This document shows positions 1 to 53,194 of a DNA stretch of 64,000 bases, piece after piece. A program made the translations under genes and the position numbers. The notes under the pieces are model-generated. The model was not told the origin of the DNA, did not search any database, and was given only the letters and a program-made list of their open reading frames with translations. Source of the DNA: Malacoraja senta (Eukaryota); NCBI GenBank assembly GCA_038087875.1, contig CM075993.1:8000001-8064000 (forward strand), given 5' to 3'. How positions within the stretch are numbered: the first letter of the stretch is position 1; every line of letters begins with the position of its first letter.

Positions 1-287
1 CCACATGTGAACTAAAGAGAAACGCTGAAGCCATTGGCAGAGCCGCAGTGCCCGACAAGTAACGGAGCAAAGTAAAGTATCACAATCTCATCGCTTGTTA
101 ATCAGCAACAAGAGACCATGAACAAGAGGTGCAAAGAAGGGCTCCAACCCAAAACGTCATCTATTCCTTCTCTCCAGAGATGCTGCCTGACCCGCTGAGT
201 TACTCCAGCATTTTGTGTTTATGTCTGCTGTAAAGCAGCATCTGCAGTTCCTTCCTACACTCCATAAACAGCCCTTCCTCAAACACT

Positions 288-546
288 AGTGTGGAAACAG
301 GCCCTTCAGCTCACCGTGTCTGCGCAGACCAATGATCACCCCGTACACACGTTCTACTTAACGCACAAGGGGCAATTTAACTATGAACCTGCACGTCTTT
401 GGAGTGTGGGAGGAAACTGGAACACCCGGAGAAAACCCACGTGGTCACAGGGAGAACGTACAAACTCTGTACAGAAAGCACCTGCGGTCAGGATCAAACC
501 CCGGTCTCAGGCACTGTGAGGCAGCAACTCTACCGCTGCGCCACCC
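288..546 (-). mobile_element. HE1-like V-SINE
   Basis: Reverse-complement family motifs. Confidence 0.8.
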
Positions 547-618
547 TCTATTGTTGGTACATATGACAAGTATGCACCCTTGACTGATTTAATCTTAACT
601 TCAACGTGTTGCGCTTAC

Positions 619-42110
<41,492 letters not shown>

Positions 42111-43240
42111 CTAAAGAGGAAACACAACCATTAGTACAGCACCAATAAATGCACATTCACTTCATTAAAATATTTTATGAGACCTTGCATTTATATATAA
42201 AATCATTAATGTAGTAAAATGTCCCAAAATGCTTCATAAATGTACAAAATGAAAAAAAGCGCGTCAATAATATTAATAGGAAAGGGAGAAAATCCTTGGC
42301 AGATATTATAAATGACCAAAGATCATGGAATCACACAGTCAATAAATGATCCTCATCTTAGTGATAAAACAAACCTAGAAATACCTCATAATTGAAGGGA
42401 TAGCAGAACAAATTGAAAGAATGATTTAAGAATACAGTAAGTGGATAGTTTTGACATAGGGCAGCAGAGCACAACAAAGTTTGATATGGTCTGGACAGAT
42501 CTGACACTGGATGGTTTACTACTGTGTACCAGATACACTCATGCCTACACCCTTTGGATTTCTGGATCCGGGAAAACACCACATCTACAAAGATTTTGCT
42601 AAAAGCAACAAGTGAATATTATATTGAAAGAGCGCTCAAAGAATTGAACAACTGTAAAATCATAATGACAAATAGAGGTCCAATTCAAAAGTTGCTTGTC
42701 TTCATTTTAATGGACGCGTGTTTTGAATACTGTCAGCACTTCAAATCAGAAACCTACGCTGGCTGACCTCAACAACAATATCAATGTATGGGAACAGTGA
42801 ATCACAAGTAATGTCATCTTTTATAAACACTAGCAACATAAACCGCACAGTAGTTATAAGTTTTTGCTTTAAAACATCCTTGCTAGAAGATCAATTCAAC
42901 CTTGACTGGCTGCATTGGGCAGGATTGATGTGTAAAGGGAATCCCAGTTTCACCATCAATCTCCACCAACACCAGCCTACCCAATCCCTTAACAGCACTT
43001 TCCAATACAAATCAAAATATGAGAAGTCTTTCTCCAAGAATGAGTGCACATTTCATATAAATGTTCTCACTTGGATTTGATTTAGTATGCTATATTGTTT
43101 ACTGTGAGCAAAACTGAAACATTTTCTGCGTGTTCCTGTTGAGTAGCTCTTGCAGTGGCTATACTGCAAGATGCAAACCAGAGAGAAATACAGAGGCTAT
43201 ACTGCAAGATGCAAACCACTGGTTAGCTGCAAAAATAGGA

Positions 43241-43720
43241 TATATAGATACATAGATACATAGAAAATAGGTGCAGGAGTAGGCCATTCGGCCCATTCGA
43301 GCCTGCACCGCCATTCAATATGATCATGGCTGATCATCCAACTCAGTATCCCGTACCTGCCTTCTCTCCATACCCCCTGATCCCTTTAGCCACAAGGGCC
43401 ACATCTAACTCCCTCTTAAATATAGCCAATGAACTGGCCTCAACTACCCTCTGTGGCAGAGAGTTCCAGAGATTCACCACTCTCTGTGTGAAAAAGTTTT
43501 TCCTCATCTCGGTCTTAAAGGATTTCCCCCTTATCCTTAAGCTGTGACCCCTTGTCCTGGACTTCCCCAACATCGGGAACAATCTTCCTGCATCTAGCCT
43601 GTCCAACCCCATAAGAATTTTGTACGTTTCTATAAGATCCCCTCTCAATCTCCTAAATTCTAGCGAGTATAAGCCAAGTCTATCCAGTCTTTCTTCATAT
43701 GAAAGTCCTGACATCCCAGG
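43241..43720 (-). mobile_element. CR1 LINE 3' fragment inserted in the Tc1 transposase
   Basis: ORF 43343-43714 nearly identical to 5899-6528. Confidence 0.88.
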
Positions 43721-44609
43721 ATGGCCAGCTTACAGTTTGCCAAGTACCTAAAAGAGCAACCACAGTTTGGGATTGTGGACAGATGAGACAAAGATTAATT
43801 TATATCAGAGTGATAGCAAGAGCAAAGTATGGAGGAGAGAAGGAACTGCCCAAGATCCAAAGCATACCACCTCATCTGTGAAACACGGTGGTGGTGGTGT
43901 TATGGCCTGGGCATGTATGGCTGCTGAAGGTACTGGTTCACTTATCTTCATTGATGATACAACTGCTGATGGTAGTAGCATAATGAATTCTGAAGTGTAT
44001 AGACATCCTATCTGCTCAAGTTCAAACAAATGCCTCAAAACTCATTGGCCGGTGGTTTATTCTACAGCAAGAAAATGATCCCAAACATACTGCTAAAGCA
44101 ACAAAGGAGTTTTTCAAAGATAAAAAATGGTCAATTCTTGAGTGGCCAAGTCAATCACCCGATCTGAACCCAATTGAGCATGCCTTTTATATGCTAAAGA
44201 GAAAACTGAAGGGGACTAGCCCCCAAAACAAGCATAAGCTAAAGATGGCTGCAATACAGGCCTGGCATAGCATCACCAGAGAAGACACCCAGGAACTGGT
44301 GATGTCCATGAATCGCAGACTTCAAGCAGTCATTGCATGCAAAGCATACACAACAAAATACTAAACATGACTACTTTCATTTACATGACATTGCTGTGTC
44401 CTAAACATTACGGTGCCCTGAAATGGGGGGACTATGTATAAACACTGCTGTAATTTCTACATGGTGAAACCAAAATGTATTAAAAATGGCCATTATTAAA
44501 ATCCGACAATGTGCACTTTAAGCACATGTGATTTTTTCTATTACAAATCTCAAATTGTGGATTACAGAGGCAGCTAAATAAATGATGGGTCTTTGTCCCA
44601 TACAGTATG

Positions 44610-44815
44610 TGTAGATTGATGATGCATGTGAATCAATCACACTTAGCCAGCATCACTAACTCCACCCCATTATAACATTTATACTAACGCCCATTCCCAG
44701 CACCGTTAGTTGAAGCAGCTAGGATGTACTGACAACACCTCGTTTTGTAATGCTGCCAAGTTACTGTGCTGATTAAAGATGTGTGTAAATCTTATACAGT
44801 CTGAAGTGATTTACA
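44610..44815 (+). repeat. 5' LTR
   Basis: Direct repeat of 46760-46965; followed by PBS. Confidence 0.95.
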
Positions 44816-44969
44816 TGGTGTCAGAAGTGGGATGGTGTGGGCGCTTAATGGCAGTGTTCAGGTCTTTGTGATTAATGCACAGGCGGATTTCATCCTTTCC
44901 CTTCTTGACTGTGGCAATCATGGTTGAGACCCAGTCGGTGGGGTCTCCTTCCCCCTAAAAGGAGGAGCA

Positions 44970-46721
44970 GTGAAGGAGCAGCACTACGCTCAAATCGAAA
45001 AGGAACTGCTGGCTGTCGTCTTTGCCTGCTCCAAATTCCACGACTTCGTCTATGGCAACACGTTCACGGTTGAGACGGACCACCAACCACTGGTGACAAT
45101 CCTGAACAAGCCTATCCATGCCGCTCCAGCTCGTTTGCAGCGCATGATGATGCAGCTGCAGCGGTACGACTTCTCTATTACCTACACAAAGGGTGAGGAC
45201 ATGCATGTCGCTGACACACTCTCTCGTGCTCCTCTAGCATCTTGCGAACAACACCCGCATGAACGGGAGAATTTCACGGTTCTCGGTGTCGGTCTAATCT
45301 CCAGCAAGCAACTGCGCATTCTAGCCGCCCACACTGCTAATGATGATACGTTTCAAGCCCTCTCATCCATCATCAAAACAGGCTGGCCAGACAAACAATC
45401 CAACACGCCCACAGAGGTGCAGCCGTACTTCTTGGTCCGTGATGAACTGGTGGTTCAGGATGGTGTTGTCGTTAAGGGTCACAAGGTAGTGGTACCTTCA
45501 TCGCTACAAGACGAGTACTTCAAAGAGGTACACAGCGGTCACCCAGGAGCCGACTCCACACTGGCACGCGCCCGGGATCTGTTCTACTGGCCTGGAATGG
45601 CCACGTACATCCGGGACCGCGTAGCCTCCTGCCCCACTTGCAACAATCTTGCGCCTCATCAGCAGCGGCAACCCCTTCTGCAACAACCTCCAGCAGTACT
45701 GCCTTGGTTGTCGCTGGCTGCGGACATTTTCGAATGGTGCGGTAAGCACTACCTCGTTCTGGTCGACTCATTTTCCAACTGGTTTGAACTTGACCAACTG
45801 ACCTCCCTCACGTCTGAGATGGTCATCAAGAAGCTGAAAAGACACTTCTCAGCCTATGGCGCTCCTGTCATTCTGAGAACCGACAACGGTCCACAGTTCA
45901 CCAGCCACTTGTTCAAGCTTTTCGCAGAACGATGGAACTTCCAGCACGTCACAAGCAGTCCCGAGTATCCACAGAGTAATGGACTCGCTGAACGCGCTGT
46001 CAGAAGCGCCAAGCACTTGCTGGAGGGAGTGCGCATTTCAAAGTCAGACGTCTATCTCGATCTCCTGAATCTCAGAAACATCGCAAGAGACGGAACCTTG
46101 GGGTCACCAGCACAGCGGCTGCTGTCGAGGGTGACGAGGTCTCCGGTCCCCGTCGCACAACAGCAGCTGGTCCCTCGGGTGTTGAAGCCCGCCACTATCC
46201 AGCAACGTCTCCAAGAGAAGCACGACATCCAGAAACGGTCATACGACAGTTCCAGCAGACCACTCCAGCCTCTACTGCCGGGCCAGGTCGTCCGTCTACG
46301 AACTTCAACTGGACATTCTCGTCTGGGCGTTGTTGTACGCCCGACTGATGAGCCGCGATCGTACCTTGTGGACTGTGAGGGAGCGGTATACCGGAGAAGT
46401 CGACAACACCTGCTTGCTGTGAAGGAGCCCCGACCACCGCCTGCTGATCCCTATGCTCCGCCGCTCCAGTTCCAGCCGCCTTTCGCAATGTCTCCCGCCC
46501 GTCCCCGCATGCCTTGCACCCCCCCACGTCCCTCGGTCTCCACTAACCACGGGGTTACACCCACCGCATGTTTCCCCCCTCGGTCACCACAATCCTCTCC
46601 CGTGCGATTTTCACCTTCAGCCTCTCCGTCTAACCCTTCAGTGGAGGGAGGGGATGGTTGGGTCCGCACGCGCTCGGGCCGTGTGAGTAGACCACCAGAC
46701 AGGTATGGCAAGTATGTTTAA
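44970..46721 (+). CDS. Gypsy pol remnant: C-terminal RNase H plus complete integrase, uninterrupted 583-codon frame
   Basis: YAQIEKELLAVVF...TDHQPL (RNase H); HSGH...CPTC zinc finger; ADIF / TDNG-x35-E (SNGLAE) catalytic triad; RTRSGR tail. The track start is GTG; the first ATG is at 45144. Confidence 0.9.
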   Translation: MKEQHYAQIEKELLAVVFACSKFHDFVYGNTFTVETDHQPLVTILNKPIHAAPARLQRMMMQLQRYDFSITYTKGEDMHVADTLSRAPLASCEQHPHERENFTVLGVGLISSKQLRILAAHTANDDTFQALSSIIKTGWPDKQSNTPTEVQPYFLVRDELVVQDGVVVKGHKVVVPSSLQDEYFKEVHSGHPGADSTLARARDLFYWPGMATYIRDRVASCPTCNNLAPHQQRQPLLQQPPAVLPWLSLAADIFEWCGKHYLVLVDSFSNWFELDQLTSLTSEMVIKKLKRHFSAYGAPVILRTDNGPQFTSHLFKLFAERWNFQHVTSSPEYPQSNGLAERAVRSAKHLLEGVRISKSDVYLDLLNLRNIARDGTLGSPAQRLLSRVTRSPVPVAQQQLVPRVLKPATIQQRLQEKHDIQKRSYDSSSRPLQPLLPGQVVRLRTSTGHSRLGVVVRPTDEPRSYLVDCEGAVYRRSRQHLLAVKEPRPPPADPYAPPLQFQPPFAMSPARPRMPCTPPRPSVSTNHGVTPTACFPPRSPQSSPVRFSPSASPSNPSVEGGDGWVRTRSGRVSRPPDRYGKYV

Positions 46722-46759
46722 TACACTTCCTTTCCACATTTAATCTTTAGGGGGAAGGA

Positions 46760-46965
46760 TGTAGATTGATGATGCATGTGAATCAATCACACTTAGCCAG
46801 CATCACTAACTCCACCCCATTATAACATTTATACTAACGGCCATTCCCAGCACCGTTAGTTGAAGCAGCTAGGATGTACTGACAACACCTCGTTTTGTAA
46901 TGCTGCCAAGTTACTGTGCTGATTAAAGATGTGTGTAAATCTTATACAGTCTGAAGTGATTTACA
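46760..46965 (+). repeat. 3' LTR
   Basis: Direct repeat of 44610-44815; preceded by polypurine tract. Confidence 0.95.
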
Positions 46966-48436
46966 GTATGGAGGGCACAGTAATTTATACACAGTTAAGC
47001 AGTGAACAAGTGCAAGTGACTAAATGCCCAAATCATTTAAATTGCAAAGTGATGGCATTAATTTTGTTTTGGAGACTCTGGCTCCTCACACTCTTGTACT
47101 CCAACTGGGAATATGCTGTGCAGCTTCAAAAAACATACAGAAACGTGGAGTTTTATTTTTTGCAAAAAATAAATTGTGGGAGCACCTTCACCAGAGGGAA
47201 CACACTGCTTGCAAAGATGTAGACTCAAAAGCAATTAAGAACGAGCAATAAATGCAGGGCTTGCCAACGATGCTCACATTACAAAAGACAAATACCTAAT
47301 TATTCCAAACTAATACAGTAATTCTGTCTTTTGATAATTCCAGTGAAAGGATGGTCTAAGAACATAGTAGATATTTTCCTCTTATTCTGGCAGGAAACTC
47401 AAATGTGTATATAGGGTAAACCCAGGAGAGTTACTTCTCATGAACGATGTGATAGTGTCAATACACAAGTAGCATTCTGATTAGGTGTCAATAGAAGTGC
47501 TGCTAGAAGTAGGTACAACACAAGACATGGATTAATATTGCATCTATAAACACAAGTGGAAAGCTGTAAATAAAGGTCACCCAAGCGACTGGCATAAGCT
47601 ACTTTTATCTTGCAGATATATTTATTTTCATAATGGTTATTGCAGTATTGTTCAAGGTTTCAATGGAATGGTAGAACTTCTTAATGGTGTTCTTAATAGC
47701 ACAGAAGCCAATCTAGCCACAGAAACAAACACCTAATACCACAGAGAACAGTTTCTCTACTGCTGTGCATTCTGGATAAAGACCCCTTCATTCCACGATA
47801 TCCAGAGCTGCTTCTCACCATGAACAGATAATGACTTAACAGAAAGTTGAAAACAACTTGCAAGGTGAAGTGCCAATCATAGAGATAGACTCAAAGTGCT
47901 GGAGTAACTCAACGGGTCAGGCAGCCTCTCCGGAGAAAATGGCCAGGTGACATTTAGGGTTGGGATCCTTCTTCAGACTTCATCATTCTTGAGCAGCGTA
48001 GATTCTGATTAGTTCTTGAGAATTTTGCAGAGGAAGAAGTTTCACATTCTAGATTTAATTAGGGTACAAGATTTTGAAATGTGTACTCACTGCAGGAAGA
48101 AACAAACTGAGGAGGAGTTTCACTTCAGGTCCCAAAAGTTAATCAATCAATCTTCATCATCTTGCCTGTGAAAAAGTTAAATGACTTTCTTTCACAGAGT
48201 ACTGATTTAAGCAAAGCCAACATGATGACTCTTGGTGGGAACTGGAATTTAGAGCCTATCCACAAATCGTGCAACATGTTTTAAATATGTTAATACAACA
48301 GTAACAGTACTTCCACCCACCTCACAATAGACTGAATACCTCACTGAAAAATATATGGTCTATACTGTGAAAGCCATTCTTAAGAAAATAACATTTCTAA
48401 ACATTTAGAACTCAAGACAAATTCAGGTATCCAGTA

Positions 48437-48537
48437 GAAGGGTCTGAAGAAGGGTCTCGACCCGAAACGTTGCCTATTTCCTTCGCACCATAGATGCTGC
48501 CTCACCCACTGAGTTTCTCCAGCATTTTTGTCTACCC
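48437..48537 (+). ncRNA. Short Penelope-derived insert with a minimal hammerhead ribozyme motif
   Basis: ggt-CTGAAGA-a-GGGT ctcg ACCC-GAAAC-GTT-gcc at 48441-48474; 13-bp TSD CAGGTATCCAGTA. Confidence 0.7.
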
Positions 48538-48889
48538 CAGGTATCCAGTAATGTATTTTATAATTAATTGATTTGAATTGTTATCAGTCAGCAATTAGTT
48601 ATGTTGAGTTTAGTTTATTGTCACGTTAACTGAGATGCAGTGAATAGCTTTTGTTGCGTGCCATCCAGTCAGTGGAAAGACAATACATGATTACAATCGA
48701 GCTATTTACAGCGTATAGATACACGATAAGGGAATAACATTTAGTGCAAGGTAAAGCCAGCAATGTCCGATCAAAGATAGTCCGAGGGTCACCAATGAGG
48801 CTAATAAAGTCCAAAATACACAGCAGAAATATTTATGATTTCATAATTTCACATCTCATTTCACGAAGAACAGAAGACAAAGATAACAT

Positions 48890-49712
48890 GACAGTTCTTT
48901 TGTAGTTTTTATGTAGTTTTTTATTATTTTTTTTGTCGGGGTATGTGTGTGGGGGGGTGGGGGTGGGGGTGGGGGTGGGGGGGGAAACGTTGAAATCTTT
49001 CCGCTGCACGGGAGACCCGACCTTTTCTTTGTCGGGTCTCCGTTGTCGTTGGGGCTGGGCAACGTGGAGCGGCCTCCAGCAGGAACGACCTGGGGCTCCA
49101 GTTGTGGAGCTGCGGACTACTCACCGTCGCGGGACTGGCCGAGTCTGGAGCGGGTGGAGCTGTGGTGGAGCGCTGCTGCTACTCGACCGCCGGAGATTCG
49201 GAGGCTACCACCGTGGGTCTGGCAGACGGCAACACCGGAAGCCCGCGGGTCCCCTGCTGGGAGACCGCTTTTCGGGGCTTCCACAGCGGCGACTTCTCCT
49301 GCCCGAGTTGCGGGGTTGAAGCGCACCTGGAGCGGGGCTTTATCCCCCCGCGCGGCTTGGAATGGCCGCCGGACTTTGCGGGTGCGCGCCGGGGATCTAA
49401 CACCAAGACCCGGTGCGCGACCTTGCATCACCCGGCGTGGCTTTAATGGCTGCGGGACAATCACCATCGCCCGCCGGGGGCTTTGACTTTGACTCTGACA
49501 TCGGGGGGGTGGGGGGGGAGTGCAGTGGAGAGATATGGTTTTTTTGCCTTCCATCACAGCGTTGTGATGGATGTAATGTGTAAATTGTGTTGTGTCTCGG
49601 GTCTTCTTCGTTTTGTATTGTATGGCTGCAGAAACGACATTTCGTTTGGACCTCAAGGGGTCCAAATGACAAATTTGTCCAAAAGACAAATAAATTGAAT
49701 TGAATTGAATTA
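48890..49712 (+). mobile_element. GC-rich non-coding retroposon related to 11701-12660
   Basis: Same architecture; ttgccttccatcacag...tgtgatgg hairpin; (TTGAA)n tail. Confidence 0.65.
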
Positions 49713-50459
49713 AGACTTTCTGACACTTGCTCAGTAACTACCTCGGGTGCCAACTAATACCGAATAGTTAGTGCAAGATGCATAGTGCAACAGCTCATCC
49801 CATAATTATTGACCAACCTAAACCGAGCGCTGCAATTGTTTTGCCATTGATATAATATCCTTTTAACGCACACTATCGAGCTTGGCTCGATAAATATTTA
49901 CGTATTCTTGTAAACCATTGTGTAACAAAGATTATACTGCTATGAATGAACTCTCGTTGCACATTGGTTACCATCTCTGGTAAACTTCCTCCTCAAAACT
50001 ACAGATCAATTTTGAGCTTTTGTTTACTAGAACGACAAGTTTAAAAGCAACTAGAAACAACTTTGAATCTTTTCCATACCAGATTTATTATGAATACAGA
50101 CACATTAATTACCATTACAAAGAGCAGTAGTTCCAGACTTTGGGTAAAATAGGTATAACAAAAACAAAGATGAAAAGTAACGCAAATCTTTTTTAAATTG
50201 TGCCCAATTTAATCTCAGCCCTTCGGTACAACACCAGTCCTACTCATCAACATCAACATCGTAAACAACATCATGTTTGCAAAATTACAAGAGGATATTG
50301 TTCGAGTAAAGGTCAAAATATATATGAATTTTAAATTGGAACCAAACCATATTTGCACATCTTGCTTCCTATTCCCTTGGCCCCTTTACCTCCACATCAA
50401 ATAATCTCCTACACTGTACTTGCACTCATATCTGACATCCTAGACCATGTCAATGGTAA

Positions 50460-51770
50460 TATATCAATATAGTGCCCTTAACACGATAAAACATCTCAAG
50501 ATGGTTCCAGAGCAGCATTATCAAACCATACCTCATGCTGCCCGACAAATTATAATAACCAAAACAAAAGGTAGCATGTTTTAAAGGTAAAAAGGAGGTA
50601 GAGAATCAGAGGAACTTTGGAAAGAAATTCCAGAGCTTAGGGCACTTGAAGAAATAATCGGCCAAGGGGGAGAATCGTGAAGAGTCACTTAAGGTCAGCA
50701 AGCACTGTAGTGAGGGATGAACAGAATTGTGTTTAAAATTACAACCAAGTTTTGATGATAAGCTTAGAAAGGTAAGACTTGATTAATATGTCATAGGAGT
50801 GAATTATAAAATCAATCACTGGGGTATTAGGAATGGGGAAGCTTCATCGGCAGATGCAATGAGGTGGGAATAGTTAAGCAAAGATGCCAAGGGAGAAATA
50901 AGCAGTGTTATCAGGGATGCATAACCTGCTGCTCTGCAGAGGTCAAATACAAGTCTGGTTCAGCCTCAGTCTGGGGTGGAGTCACTAGCTGTGGATCAAA
51001 GCTTTTGTAAAGGAGACAAAAACAATGTTATCAGAGCAAATGTGTACATTTACTGTGTTTTGGGGTCACATAATAACGGGCAAGCCATGAATAAGTTTAC
51101 AGACATATGCTAGAGAGAATCATTACAGATGATTCTCCAGCAACAACTATTACGAAAATAATGGTACCAAGGAATACGAGGCTCCACTCAACATGACAAT
51201 ATTGGAGAAGCATTGAAGGATGCCAAGGTCAACCATGTCAAGTGCTACATTTGAGTGTCGTAGAACAAGCAGAAGAGCTTATCTCTGTCTTACAGGATAG
51301 AATTTGTGACAAGTGATCCACTTTGCTACTGAGGTAGAGGTACGATCGTGATCATTTCAAACATAGGATTTAAATTTGGGAGAGAATTTTTGAATCAAAA
51401 CAAATACTACAGTGATCAGAGATGCCATTCTCTGTAACTGAGATTATGGGGTTATTTAGGGACACGATTTGGCAAGGAAGTTGCCATGAATATGATGGAG
51501 CGAATCTAATATAAAGGGATGAAAGGAGATAATAACGAGGACAGGCAATGAACTTGAAGCCTCTTGAAATAGCAGTTATTTAAGAAAAACATTAAAGAAA
51601 TCTGGGTGAAAAAAATTTATGGTACTTGGTCGATGGCATAGATAAAGCTTTAAATAAGAGGCTTGGGGATATGAAAGGGCCGACAGGAGGAAAAACTGAT
51701 GTCGATGGTAAGCAAACATACCCATGTATAATTTGGTGATAAGCCCCAGTCCCTGCAATGGGACAAGAGG
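50460..51770 (-). mobile_element. Old, heavily decayed LINE (L2-like)
   Basis: Residual motifs such as ggaaagaaattccagagcttagggc; no ORF. Confidence 0.4.
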
Positions 51771-51899
51771 TGAAGAGATTTAATTTACAGGAAAGGTATC
51801 GTCAGCCTTCAACTAAGTTTTTATCAAGTTGCCATGTTGACGCAATCACCCACTGCAAAATACACTGGAAGATGCACAGGCTCACAGTAAGATAATGGG

Positions 51900-52360
51900 T
51901 GGTTTGGTCACCCTGTTATAGGAAGGATCTTATTAAGCTGGAAAGAGTACAGTGAAGATTTACGAGAATATTGCCAGGAGTTGAGGGCCTGAACGTTAGG
52001 GAGAGATTGGGCCGGCTAGGACTTTATTGATTGGAACGTCGGAGGCTGAGAAGTGATCTTATCGAGGCGTATAAGATCATGAGGGGAATAAATTGAGCGA
52101 ATGCACGGAATCTTGTACCCAGTGTAGGGAAATCAAGAACCAGAGGATAAAGGTTGAAGGGCAAAGGGGAAGGATTTAATAGGAACCTGAGGGACAACTT
52201 TTTAACATAGTGATGGGTACAGATATATGGAACGAACTGCCAGAGGAGTTAGTTGAGGCAGGTACTATAACATTTTAAAGGCATTTGAACATGTATTGGA
52301 AATATTTAGAAGAAAACGGGCCAAACATGGGTAAGTGGAACTAGTGTAAATGGGGCTAAA
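51900..52360 (+). mobile_element. Decayed CR1 fragment
   Basis: ggaggctgagaagtgatcttatcgagg and related CR1 3' motifs. Confidence 0.7.
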
Positions 52361-53100
52361 TCAGCGTATCCACGGTCACGTAGCATAGAAACGGGTCCTT
52401 CAGCCCAACTCATCTATGCCGACCAAGATGCCAATCTACAATGGTCCCATTTGTCTGGGTTTGACCCATACCCCTCCAAACCTTTCCTAATGATGTACGG
52501 CCCAAATTAAACCGTGAAGAGACAGTGCATGTGATTCTGACCTGCAGCCTCTCCCACACATCGTACTGTGGTTACAATTCCTCTTAGACATCAATCCATT
52601 CATTATCACACCTCACGCAGGTAAACTACAATTGTCTTCAGAGGAGCTTCTGTTGTCCAATCAGGAATACCATCTTGTTGGAAGGCTGATATTACTATCT
52701 GCATCTTGACCAAAATCAAGGATACTTTACATTCTCTTGACTACAATGGAAAGTCAATGATTCAGTGGCTTAACTTTTGTAACATTGTCCACTTATTGTG
52801 GGAGAACACTGTATAGCTTGTGGACACAATGTTAAAGGCTCAAGATACATTTTCTGGCCATAAGGTACTCAACACGAATGCCTTATCGTGATACAGCCAG
52901 GATTTTAACACTTACACAGGGAAATAGGAATAGGCTACCTAGCCTCTCAAGCCCACACTCAGCGGGACTATCAACATATTGGCCATTCCTTAACAGTTTT
53001 TGTAACCCTCACAACACCAGAGTTCAACATCAAATGTTTTAAAGGTTTACTTCTGCCTTAACTTCCTACTATGATGCTAAAAGTCCGAAGAATATTCCTT

Positions 53101-53194
53101 GGATAGACACAAAAAGTTGTAGTAACTCAGCGGGTCAGACAGCATATCTGGAGAAAAGGAAGTGGTGACGTTTCGGGTTGGGACCCTTCTTCAG
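53101..53194 (-). ncRNA. Short Penelope-derived insert with hammerhead core on the SIN3A-sense strand
   Basis: Minus strand CTGAAGA-a-GGGT ccca ACCC-GAAAC-GTC; 12-bp TSD AGAATATTCCTT; helix I pairing is poor. Confidence 0.55.

Larger units (their letters stand above)
44610..46965 (+). mobile_element. Ty3/Gypsy LTR retrotransposon, internally deleted, recent insertion
   Basis: 206-bp LTRs (TGTA...TACA) at 44610-44815 and 46760-46965 with one mismatch. 5-bp TSD GTATG at 44605-44609 and 46966-46970. PBS TGGTGTCAGAAGTGGGAT at 44816-44833 is complementary to a tRNA-Leu 3' end. PPT at 46749-46759. Confidence 0.96.
43181..46980 (+). mobile_element. Tc1/mariner DNA transposon remnant, 5'-truncated and frameshifted, interrupted by a CR1 fragment and the Gypsy element
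   Basis: KYRGYTARCKPLVS at about 43185-43225; WTDETKINLY...TVKHGGG-like and WPSQSPDLNPIEH motifs at 43770-44180; right terminus gtctttgtcccatacagtatg|gagggcacag followed by TA at 46981-46982. Confidence 0.88.

Noticed and set aside
48890..49712. CpG-rich stretch as the SIN3A promoter or first exon, with overlapping ORFs
   Set aside because: It shares architecture and 3' tail with the retroposons at 11701 and 16275. The ORFs have no recognisable domain and reflect high GC content.
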